A DNA stretch of 43,226 bases from a virus. Position numbers and translations under genes: made by a program. The stretch is taken from the IMG/VR virus record IMGVR_UViG_3300025006_000005; one strand, 5' to 3'. Shown here piece by piece: positions 24,873 through 31,626 of this stretch (positions are counted from its first letter, which is position 1; every line of letters begins with the position of its first letter). A model generated the notes under the pieces. The model did not search any database. It saw only the letters and a program-made list of their open reading frames with translations, and had not been told where the DNA came from.

Positions 24873-26505
24873 CGGCGGATGTTCCTGTCGCCAGCTCTGC
24901 TGCCTTGGCACAAAAGGCCGCCCATTCGGATACGATGGCCTTGCGTGCTGCCGCCTCTGTCCGGGCGCGTTTGTGGGGACCGGCGACCTTTCCGAGCCAA
25001 TAGGAATAGATCCAACCGTCTGCTGCTTCGGCCGGCGGGAATATGGCGCCGACCTCCAGCGGTCCGGCCATCGCCAGGATGCGGCCACGCGGAGGCATCG
25101 CCTGGTGCCAAGTCAGGCGCAGTGTAGCGGTTTGCGACGCGTCGCCGGCATGGGCGGCAGGACGCTCTTCCGCACCGCTTGTATCCGGCCGGAACCACGG
25201 CCGCTTCAGGCCCGTTTCCGTCCCGCTCTTAAGCTCCCTGCGGTCGCTGGCGGGCCCCTGGGCCTCCCCACCGCTGTTCTCCCCCCTTGAGAGGGAGATG
25301 TCCGGAAGGACAGAGGGGGGTGAAGCGCTCCCCCCATTGCCGTCGCCGGCCTCATACCCCCACGCATCCCAGCCCGGCCGGGCGCGGCGGGCGAACATCT
25401 CCAGCCGCGCCATTGCCGGATAGAGCCGCTCGATCGTCTCGGCGAAAAAGTCCGGCTTGGCCGAATGCGGCCCCTTGCGCTCGCGGCGGACAGTCTCCGG
25501 CTGCGATCCCGGCAGAGGCGCCGCCACGTCCCCGCGCCGGCCGATCAGGAGGAGCTCATGCCGGTCGCGGCCCCAATAGCCGGTGCCGGCGACTTCCTTG
25601 TCCCAGATCCAGTGATGCACATAGGCAAAACCCCACGCCCGCATGACATCGAGCGCCTCCGACAGCATGGGGTTGATCGCCCAAAGGAACAGCACCGCGT
25701 CCGCCGTCGCGGGATCGCCGAGCTCGGCGAACAGCGCCGCGATCTCCGGCGTCGTCATTGTCGGGTAGTGGTTTTCCGCGCTCTTCTCGCGCCCGGTTAC
25801 TTCCGAGCGCACGCCGAAACGCCAGGGCGGATCGGCATAGATGACTGGATAGCGGCGATCGAGCCGCCTCGGCGCGGCCGTGCCGCCATCGCCCGCGATG
25901 CGGCGCATGTTTTCCAGCCGCTCGTCATGACGCCGGCGCTGACGTTCGGCGCGAATCGCTTTTGCCCGCGCAACGATCTCGCGTTCCTCGCGGTCGAGGA
26001 TTTCGCGCTGCGTCTCATGTTCGAGATCGGAGAGCGCTTCGCCCGCATGGACGGTCACGCGTCCCTCGCGGATCGCCTCGACCAGTTCGCCCGCGCCGCG
26101 CTCCTGGATGCGCCGCGCCGCCCTCACGGCGCGCTCGGATATCGACAGACGCTCCGCTGCCTTCCGGGTCGGCAAATTTGCCGCCCCTGCCGTTACCTGG
26201 TTGATGCCGACATCCCAATCGACGATCCGCGCGGCGATCATCGCGCGCTGGCTTTCGGTCAGGTGGCGGCGATGCAGATTGTGCGACAGCACGAAGTTGA
26301 GCGGATCGTCACCCTCGTATTCGACGAAGCGTGGTTCGACCTCGGCAAACCGGCAGGCCGCCAACCGGTTGCGTCCGTCGAGCACCATGCCGTCCAGCAG
26401 CACGATCGGAACCCGCTGGCCGAACGTCACGATGTCGTCGGCGAGCTCGCGCAGTTCGCTTTCGGGCAGCATCGGGAACAGTTCAGCCAGCGGGTGCGGT
26501 TGCAC
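24865..26505 (-). CDS. ParB-like nuclease domain / MT-A70-family N6-adenine DNA methyltransferase, with a repeat-borne linker and extra C-terminal module
   Basis: 546 aa. ParB-N: RVPIVLLDGMVLDGRNRLAA. MT-A70: IYADPPWRF, HYPTM, VLFLWA and HELLLIGRRG. Repeat elements encode aa ~391-431, and aa 470-546 look like a separate module. Confidence 0.85.
   Translation of the reverse strand: MQPHPLAELFPMLPESELRELADDIVTFGQRVPIVLLDGMVLDGRNRLAACRFAEVEPRFVEYEGDDPLNFVLSHNLHRRHLTESQRAMIAARIVDWDVGINQVTAGAANLPTRKAAERLSISERAVRAARRIQERGAGELVEAIREGRVTVHAGEALSDLEHETQREILDREEREIVARAKAIRAERQRRRHDERLENMRRIAGDGGTAAPRRLDRRYPVIYADPPWRFGVRSEVTGREKSAENHYPTMTTPEIAALFAELGDPATADAVLFLWAINPMLSEALDVMRAWGFAYVHHWIWDKEVAGTGYWGRDRHELLLIGRRGDVAAPLPGSQPETVRRERKGPHSAKPDFFAETIERLYPAMARLEMFARRARPGWDAWGYEAGDGNGGSASPPSVLPDISLSRGENSGGEAQGPASDRRELKSGTETGLKRPWFRPDTSGAEERPAAHAGDASQTATLRLTWHQAMPPRGRILAMAGPLEVGAIFPPAEAADGWIYSYWLGKVAGPHKRARTEAAARKAIVSEWAAFCAKAAELATGTSADA
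25214..25258. repeat. Palindromic interspersed element, variant 2 (inverted copy)
   Basis: GTTTCCGTCCCGCTCTTAAGCTCCCTGCGGTCGCTGGCGGGCCCC is the reverse complement of 28896-28940, differing by 2 substitutions. Confidence 0.85.
25278..25336. repeat. Second type of G/C-run palindromic element (TCTCCCCCCTTGAGAGGGAGATGTCCGGAAGGACAGAGGGGGG...CTCCCCCC)
   Basis: Internal inverted repeats TCTCCC/GGGAGA and CCCCCC/GGGGGG. From memory, it resembles dispersed intergenic repeats of Rhizobium/Agrobacterium genomes. Confidence 0.5.
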
Positions 26506-26508
26506 GGA

Positions 26509-27432
26509 TCAGGCCTCCGGCGCGCCTTCGAAGGTCGGAAGGCTCGTGGCCCCGCCGGCGTCCTTCAGCGCGCGGCCGACTTCCTCGCGCAGGAACGCCT
26601 CCCAGCGATAGAGCTGGTAGAACCACTTGATATCGCCGGATGCGATCCGGTAGCGCAGCCGAGCCGGGATCCGCACCGGCGGCCCGTCGATGAAGGCCGG
26701 AACCGACAGCATGAAGATTCCGGGCACTGCGATCTTTTCGCCCTTGGCGTTCTGGTGTTCCTCGGAAAATTCGATCTGTCGTTCGCCCGTCTGCAGGCGA
26801 ATGCCCTGCTTGGCGCGCGCCCCGACGAAGACCTCGAGGTGGCGCGACAGTTCGATCAGTTCCGAAGGCGTGGCGAAGGTTTCGCGGAACAGCCGCTCGA
26901 ACTCGCTTCTTTCGCCGTCCGTCGGCGCGGCGAGCTCGGCGGCATGCTCTTCGATGAAGGCCGCGAAGACCGGCTGTTCCATCGCCTTGCCGTCAAACCC
27001 TACCCAGGCCTTGAACTCCTCCGTCAGCGGGAAATCATAGACGATGCGGTGCTGCCCGAAGCGCGCCTCGCCGCTCGCGTCGTCATAGTCGATCACGGCC
27101 GTCAGCTTCGGCTCCGGCCAGCGCGTCGCGCCGAAGATCGCCGAGCGCTCGTCCTTGTGGCGATTGACCAGCGCGCAGAAACTTTCGAGCGTCTCTGCCT
27201 TCGCCGTTCCCTCGCGCCGCGCCGGCGCCTGGCGATAGGTCTCGATGAGATCGGCGAGCGAGGATGCGCGCTGCGCCTTGCGGTCGAACAGCAGCGGGAC
27301 ATCGACCGGCAGGCCAAGGCCGAGACCCGACGTACCGATACGCACCACGGTGGCGCCGGACGCTTCTTCCGCGAGTGTCTTCACAAGGGAAATGCCGTGT
27401 CCGTCGACGGCTGCCGCGTCATGCTGTGCCAT
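26509..27432 (-). CDS. DUF2303 (YfdQ-like) family protein
   Basis: 307 aa with a strong SD (AGGAGA). The family assignment is from memory of YfdQ-type prophage proteins. Confidence 0.6.
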   Translation of the reverse strand: MAQHDAAAVDGHGISLVKTLAEEASGATVVRIGTSGLGLGLPVDVPLLFDRKAQRASSLADLIETYRQAPARREGTAKAETLESFCALVNRHKDERSAIFGATRWPEPKLTAVIDYDDASGEARFGQHRIVYDFPLTEEFKAWVGFDGKAMEQPVFAAFIEEHAAELAAPTDGERSEFERLFRETFATPSELIELSRHLEVFVGARAKQGIRLQTGERQIEFSEEHQNAKGEKIAVPGIFMLSVPAFIDGPPVRIPARLRYRIASGDIKWFYQLYRWEAFLREEVGRALKDAGGATSLPTFEGAPEA

Positions 27433-27479
27433 GGGTTTCTCCTTTCATGGCGTTGAATCGTCTCGAGTCTTTGGAAGGA

Positions 27480-27821
27480 TCAGGCGCTTTCTTCCTCGCG
27501 TTCGTCGCGCGAGCGCGGTCCGGGGAACATGTCGATCTGGTTGGGGTGCTCGACAGAGAGCGCGCCATCGACGGCCCAGAACGGCGTCTTCATGAAGCGC
27601 GCCGTCTCCGGCAGCTTGACCTTCACGCTCGGATCGATATCGATGCGTCCGAGCTCGTATTTGAGCGTGATCTTGACGGTGATCTCGGCCTTGCCGCTGT
27701 CGGCGGCCATCGTGTCGAAGGCGTCGACCACATTGGAGAGCTCTTCATCGAGCCTGCGCGAGAATTCTCCCCGAGAGAGAAGCCCCAGCATCTCGCGGAA
27801 TGACCGCAATACCCTGCTCAT
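27480..27821 (-). CDS. Hypothetical early protein
   Basis: The start was trimmed to the ATG at 27821 (MSRVLRSFREMLG...). 113 aa. Confidence 0.5.
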   Translation of the reverse strand: MSRVLRSFREMLGLLSRGEFSRRLDEELSNVVDAFDTMAADSGKAEITVKITLKYELGRIDIDPSVKVKLPETARFMKTPFWAVDGALSVEHPNQIDMFPGPRSRDEREEESA

Positions 27822-28019
27822 CGGATTTTTCCTTTCACCTAATACCGACATGGCCCCGCCGGCGCTTCGCTTTGACGAGCTCGACCGCACGGTCGATCGC
27901 CGCGTAAAATGTCGAATTCGTCGAGGAAGTCATTTCCGCCCCGCGCCGCCCCGGCGCCCGCGCTTAGTTGACTTGCCGCCCCGCTACGCGCGGCTCACCC
28001 CTGCTCTAAAACCTGTCAT

Positions 28020-28490
28020 TCACGCCGCCTCTACCTTCGCCTCGAATTCGTCCAGCGCCGCGCGGAGCTCGGCGATTTCCTTGCGCAGGTCCTTTTTCTC
28101 GCGCGGGCTGATCGCCCCATCCTCGAGCGTGTCGATCGCCCTGAGCTCGACGTCGCGCCATTCGGCGACGACCCGTCTCAGATCAGCGAATGTCGGCTTG
28201 CCGACGCCGATGCGCGCCTCGATCCGCTCCAGCCGGTAGCCTTGCGCCATCGCCAATGCGCCGGTGATGATCGGCTGGCCGGCCGCCAGATCGAGGTCGA
28301 GCGCGATGTCGACCGGGCAGTGGCGGTCTTCCTCCTGGATGACGTGGTATTCGCACAGGCGCTTTTCGTTGACGCGCGTGATGCCCGCCGCCGCCACCGC
28401 CGTTCCGAAAAAGCGGATCGCCCGGAACACCGCCGCCTTGAGTGCGCGGCGCTGGTCCTCGGTCGATGCCCGGCCCGGGTTCGCGCTCAT
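28020..28490 (-). CDS. Possible phage regulatory protein (CII/CP76-like)
   Basis: 156 aa. The architecture resembles CP76-type regulators (..EDGAISPREKKDLRKEIAELRAAL..). The call is weak. Confidence 0.4.
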   Translation of the reverse strand: MSANPGRASTEDQRRALKAAVFRAIRFFGTAVAAAGITRVNEKRLCEYHVIQEEDRHCPVDIALDLDLAAGQPIITGALAMAQGYRLERIEARIGVGKPTFADLRRVVAEWRDVELRAIDTLEDGAISPREKKDLRKEIAELRAALDEFEAKVEAA

Positions 28491-28609
28491 GCCCGCACCG
28501 CCGATTGTTCGATCGCCGCCACGAGATTGTCGACGCAGATCCAGCGGGCGGAAAGATCCTCGTCCAGCCCCTCCATCACTGAGAGGAACCGCTCGAATGT
28601 CGTCTTCAT
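28487..28609 (-). CDS. Small ORF (40 aa), hypothetical
   Basis: Hand-translated: MKTTFERFLSVMEGLDEDLSARWICVDNLVAAIEQSAVRA. ATGA-coupled at both ends. Confidence 0.4.
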   Translation of the reverse strand: MKTTFERFLSVMEGLDEDLSARWICVDNLVAAIEQSAVRA

Positions 28610-29079
28610 CGCTTTCCCCTCGCCGGATTTGCCCGATTTGAATCCGCGTGACGCGCCACGTCGCACCCGGCTAGATCGCCGGCATGACGCTCGATCTCGT
28701 CCGCAAGCATGCCCAGGCCCACCGCCTCCGCCCGGGCGCAGACCGCCGCCGCGATCCAGTCCGCCGGCGTGCGGTCGTCATGCAGCGCGACGAGCTGCAG
28801 CAGCATCATCGTCGCGTCGGAGAGCTCCACACAGGGGCCCGCCAGCGGCTTGCCGCTTACAGGCGGGACAGAAACCCGGTCCGCCAGCGACCCAAGGGGC
28901 CCGCCAGCGACCGCAGGGAGCTTAAGGGCGGGACGGAGACTCTCCCCGCCAGCGGCTTGTCCATCGGCCATTATCGGATCCCGCTGCATGACGCGGATCG
29001 TCACCAGCCCGTCGACGGATATCCGTTCGAGCTCACGCACCAGCCGCGCCCGGCAGTCGGGTTGTCCCGCCGCGCTCAT
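28606..29079 (-). CDS. Hypothetical early protein interrupted in-frame by a cluster of palindromic elements
   Basis: The start was trimmed to the ATG at 29079 (ATGA overlap). 157 aa. The central ~42 aa (GESLRPALKLPAVAGGPLGSLADRVSVPPVSGKPLAGP) are encoded by repeats 28834-28960. Confidence 0.5.
   Translation of the reverse strand: MSAAGQPDCRARLVRELERISVDGLVTIRVMQRDPIMADGQAAGGESLRPALKLPAVAGGPLGSLADRVSVPPVSGKPLAGPCVELSDATMMLLQLVALHDDRTPADWIAAAVCARAEAVGLGMLADEIERHAGDLAGCDVARHADSNRANPARGKR
28834..28960. repeat. Tandem cluster of palindromic elements: variant 1 (28834-28875), variant 2 (28896-28940) and partial copies
   Basis: Variant 1: GGGGCCCGCCAGCGGCTTGCCGCTTACAGGCGGGACAGAAAC. Variant 2: GGGGCCCGCCAGCGACCGCAGGGAGCTTAAGGGCGGGACGGAGAC. 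The 5'-part CCGCCAGCG(A/G)C recurs at 28881-28892 and 28946-28957. Confidence 0.85.
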
Positions 29080-29327
29080 TCCGCGGCCTCCTTCGCGCTC
29101 GGTTCGGGCCGGGGAATGCTGTCGGGCCATGCGGCCCCGGCCGGCCAGTTGTCGGATAGCCATTGCATGGCGCGCTCGAATATGTGGGTCGTCACGTCGC
29201 CGCCCGATGCCACATCGTCGAGCTTGGAACCGCGATTGAGCACCAGTTGCGAAACGCGCGAGCGGCTCAGGCCGCGCGCCCGTCCGAAGGAATCGGTCAG
29301 ATGGAGGAGTTGCTCGCGCATCGTCAT
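29076..29327 (-). CDS. Cro-position early-left first gene (small putative regulator)
   Basis: 83 aa from the ATG at 29327, divergent from the repressor gene. No clear SD. The function is inferred from position only. Confidence 0.45.
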   Translation of the reverse strand: MTMREQLLHLTDSFGRARGLSRSRVSQLVLNRGSKLDDVASGGDVTTHIFERAMQWLSDNWPAGAAWPDSIPRPEPSAKEAAE

Positions 29328-29342
29328 GGCGCGGCACGATGT

Positions 29343-29410
29343 GGACAAATGACCACGTTGTCAAGGCCAATTGTCCGCGTTCCGTTTTTTGCTGCCGGGG
29401 ACAATAATCC
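29343..29410. promoter_or_regulatory. Divergent immunity control region: three 12-bp operator-like sites and a leftward promoter (CTTGACA on the minus strand at 29359-65)
   Basis: O1 29343-54 GGACAAATGACC (reverse complement GGTCATTTGTCC), O2 29365-76 GGCCAATTGTCC, O3 29399-410 GGACAATAATCC. AATAAT at 29403-08 lies 9 nt before the cI ATG. Confidence 0.55.
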
Positions 29411-29417
29411 CCTCACC

Positions 29418-30143
29418 ATGGATGAGGTGCAGGAACGCATACGCAAACTGCTGGACGAACGGGGCCTCACCCCGGAGGCCGTCTCGCGTCGCGCGGGACT
29501 TGACCGCGGCTACCTAACGAAACTTTTTTCGCGCGAAGGCGCCTCGCCGCGCGGTCGCACGCTTACGCGGCTTGCCGATGCGTTGGAAACGAGCGTCGGC
29601 TTTCTCCTGTCCGGCGAAAGTGAGGGCGAACAACCCCAAGAAAGTGGCCTTGACGCATCCGCAACCTGTGCCCAGCCTTTCTGGTTGGGCGGAGGGAGCA
29701 GGATGCGTAATGTATCAGTTGAAGACGTTGGAAGTTCACGTGAAATACCCATCTTAGGTACAGCCGCGGGGGCGCATGTCAGGGGGGCCCGCATCATCAC
29801 CAAGCGGATCACCGGAATGATAAGATGCCCGCCGCATCTTGCGGCTTTCACCGGCATCTATGCGATGTATGTCGAGGGCGATTCGATGTCGCCGCAGTTC
29901 GCATCAGGCGATCTGATCGTCGTCAATCCAAACAAGCCTGCAAGGCCCGGCGACGTGGTCGTGGTGCGCATGCGTGCTGAGGGCGACAGCGAGGAGGCGA
30001 CGCTCGGCATCTATGTCGGTCGGGAAAACGGTGACATCATGATCTCGAAGCGTCGGCCGCCCGACAGCCACGTGAAGCTCTCGGGAGCTCACGTCGTCTC
30101 TGTCGAGCGCGTCCTGACGCTGGCCGAGATCCTCGGCGCCTGA
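29418..30143 (+). CDS. CI-like repressor (XRE HTH + S24 LexA-like peptidase)
   Basis: 241 aa from the ATG at 29418. HTH: GLTPEAVSRRAGLDRGYLTKLF. S24: MYVEGDSMSPQFASGDLIVVNP... Confidence 0.88.
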   Translation: MDEVQERIRKLLDERGLTPEAVSRRAGLDRGYLTKLFSREGASPRGRTLTRLADALETSVGFLLSGESEGEQPQESGLDASATCAQPFWLGGGSRMRNVSVEDVGSSREIPILGTAAGAHVRGARIITKRITGMIRCPPHLAAFTGIYAMYVEGDSMSPQFASGDLIVVNPNKPARPGDVVVVRMRAEGDSEEATLGIYVGRENGDIMISKRRPPDSHVKLSGAHVVSVERVLTLAEILGA

Positions 30144-30171
30144 AGAGAGGCGGGAACGACGGGGGATATCC

Positions 30172-30447
30172 ATGCGATTCGAGATCCGCAGCCGGTCGAA
30201 GCTGACAGACCTGGGCGCAGCCGGTGCGGTCGGCTTTATTGCATGCCCCGTCGTCTCGGCCTTTTTCTATGCCGGCTATCTGCACGGACTGGCAGATCCA
30301 TACCGAATTGGCGCGCCATCGGTCGTGCCACTTCTCTTCAGCGGCTTGTTCGGCATCCTCTGGCTCGGAAGCATGGTCATGCTGTTCATCGGCAGAACAT
30401 GGGATCACGAAGTGCAGATGAACCGCGCTGAGGAGACCGGAGATTAG
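30172..30447 (+). CDS. Small membrane protein co-oriented with the repressor
   Basis: 91 aa with two hydrophobic segments (GAAGAVGFIACPVVSAFFYAGYL and VVPLLFSGLFGILWLGSMVMLFI). Confidence 0.6.
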   Translation: MRFEIRSRSKLTDLGAAGAVGFIACPVVSAFFYAGYLHGLADPYRIGAPSVVPLLFSGLFGILWLGSMVMLFIGRTWDHEVQMNRAEETGD

Positions 30448-30450
30448 AAC

Positions 30451-30497
30451 GTGGACATTTGTCCGCGTTTTTTCTTGACAGGGGTCATTTGTCCGCA
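30451..30497 (+). promoter_or_regulatory. Rightward early promoter with two operator-like sites
   Basis: GGACATTTGTCC at 30453-64, CTTGACA at 30474-80 and GGTCATTTGTCC at 30483-94. The -35/operator spacing matches the leftward promoter. Confidence 0.55.
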
Positions 30498-30509
30498 TTA
30501 GCCTGCGCA

Positions 30510-30585
30510 CCGTTCCCCCCTGGAACGGCCCGCGCCGGCATCCTCCCGCACATGCGTCCCGGCGCGGGCCCTTTTCGGGGAACGG
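30510..30585 (+). promoter_or_regulatory. Structured leader: 12-bp stem GGCCCGCGCCGG/CCGGCGCGGGCC followed by CTTTTC, plus mutually exclusive pairings of CCGTTCCCC
   Basis: The 12-bp stem is 30527-38 with 30559-70. CCGTTCC (30510-16) can pair with GGAACGG (30522-28) or, as CCGTTCCCC, with GGGGAACGG (30577-85). Confidence 0.4.
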
Positions 30586-30597
30586 AAAGGGCGGACA

Positions 30598-30828
30598 ATG
30601 CGGCAATCACATCATCTCGGCACATTCACCGGCGAGGCCTATAGGCATCGCGGCAGGGCAAAGACCCTCGTCATGCGCGATGACCTTCCATGGCTTGAGT
30701 CCTTCACCGCGACCGGCATCCTTGTGTTTCTCGCCGGCATCGGCGGCACCATGCTCGCCATAACGGCCCTGCGGGCGATCAGCCTTGCCGTCGCCCATGC
30801 GCATCTTGCGCCGGCGGTATTGCCATGA
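30598..30828 (+). CDS. Hypothetical small membrane protein
   Basis: 76 aa with a TM segment ILVFLAGIGGTMLAITALRAI. The start may be an internal ATG. Confidence 0.4.
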   Translation: MRQSHHLGTFTGEAYRHRGRAKTLVMRDDLPWLESFTATGILVFLAGIGGTMLAITALRAISLAVAHAHLAPAVLP

Positions 30829-30965
30829 ACGGCTATGGATGGTTCGCCGCCGCTCTTTGTCTTGTCGGCATAGTTGCCATCGCCTGCCTATGGCGGGAAG
30901 CGCGCCGCACCATCGCCCAGCACGGCGATTCCTTCGAAAATAGCGACGACTGGGGTGCGCAATGA
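30825..30965 (+). CDS. Small ORF (46 aa) membrane peptide
   Basis: Hand-translated: MNGYGWFAAALCLVGIVAIACLWREARRTIAQHGDSFENSDDWGAQ. ATGA-coupled at both ends. Confidence 0.4.
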   Translation: MNGYGWFAAALCLVGIVAIACLWREARRTIAQHGDSFENSDDWGAQ

Positions 30966-31270
30966 GCGACGGGCCCGCAACGACGCCAATGGACGTCTCC
31001 GAGCTCATGCCCTGCGCGGTCTGCGGCAAGGGCGTCATGCATCAAGGCGTGCCGGTTTTCTATGAGCTGACGATCCGCTCTGTTGTCGCCGACATCAGTA
31101 ACATCCGGCGCATGCACGGCATGGAACAGGTCATGGGCGGCAACGTGCCGCTCGCGCGCATTTTCTTGCCTTCGAATAAGGTCGGCGACCGGCTTCCGGC
31201 CAATCGCGTCCTTCTTTGCGCCGACTGCGCCGGCGAATCCCAGCTTCTCCTTCGGTTCCTTGGGGAGTGA
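30962..31270 (+). CDS. Hypothetical CxxC...CxxC protein
   Basis: 102 aa with the motifs CAVCG and CADCAG. Confidence 0.45.
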   Translation: MSDGPATTPMDVSELMPCAVCGKGVMHQGVPVFYELTIRSVVADISNIRRMHGMEQVMGGNVPLARIFLPSNKVGDRLPANRVLLCADCAGESQLLLRFLGE

Positions 31271-31272
31271 CG

Positions 31273-31626
31273 ATGCCGGTCAAGCCATGCCTCGGGATGA
31301 TGCACATCACAGATGAAATGGTCGAGGCGGCAAACCGCATGTACTACCGAACGGTCAGTATGCGCGCCGCCCTCGAAGCCGCCCTTGCCGCCAGCCCGGT
31401 GCTGAATGTGCCGGATGGGTGGGTTTCGGAGGTACTGCGAAGCTCCGATGAGTATCGGACAAAGCGTGATTACGAGAATGTAGTTGGGGACCATGAAGAG
31501 GGCGATCCCGAAAGCATCATTGCCTGTGTATTGGACCAAGGCCAACGTGCCAAAGAAATTATGTCGGCTTTGGCTGACTTTGGCTTTGTTATGGTTGAGC
31601 GTTCCAAGCTAGAGGCCATGCTCTGA
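31273..31626 (+). CDS. Hypothetical protein
   Basis: The start was trimmed to the ATG at 31273 (GGGGAG SD). 117 aa. The 3' half has lower GC. Confidence 0.45.
   Translation: MPVKPCLGMMHITDEMVEAANRMYYRTVSMRAALEAALAASPVLNVPDGWVSEVLRSSDEYRTKRDYENVVGDHEEGDPESIIACVLDQGQRAKEIMSALADFGFVMVERSKLEAML

Noticed and set aside
17653-26505. A restriction-modification system (two methylases plus an HNH nuclease)
   Set aside because: The HNH gene sits next to terS/terL, as in HK97-like cos phages. Neither methylase has an adjacent endonuclease candidate. They look like orphan, protective methylases.
25465-27456. Very long antisense ORFs: 25465..27456 (663 aa), 15176..16288, 11352..12371, 17158..18222, 20279..21295, 2394..3419, 13287..14210 and 14080..14913
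   Set aside because: Each lies opposite a gene with clear conserved motifs (methylase, terminase, capsid, portal, protease, J-like). Their composition is Arg/Asp/His/Gly-rich, as expected for shadow ORFs in GC-rich DNA.
27835-27933. A 32-aa ORF (MTSSTNSTFYAAIDRAVELVKAKRRRGHVGIR) in the 198-bp spacer of the early-left operon
   Set aside because: There is no motif and only a weak SD-like G-run. Length and composition are compatible with chance, so it is left unannotated.
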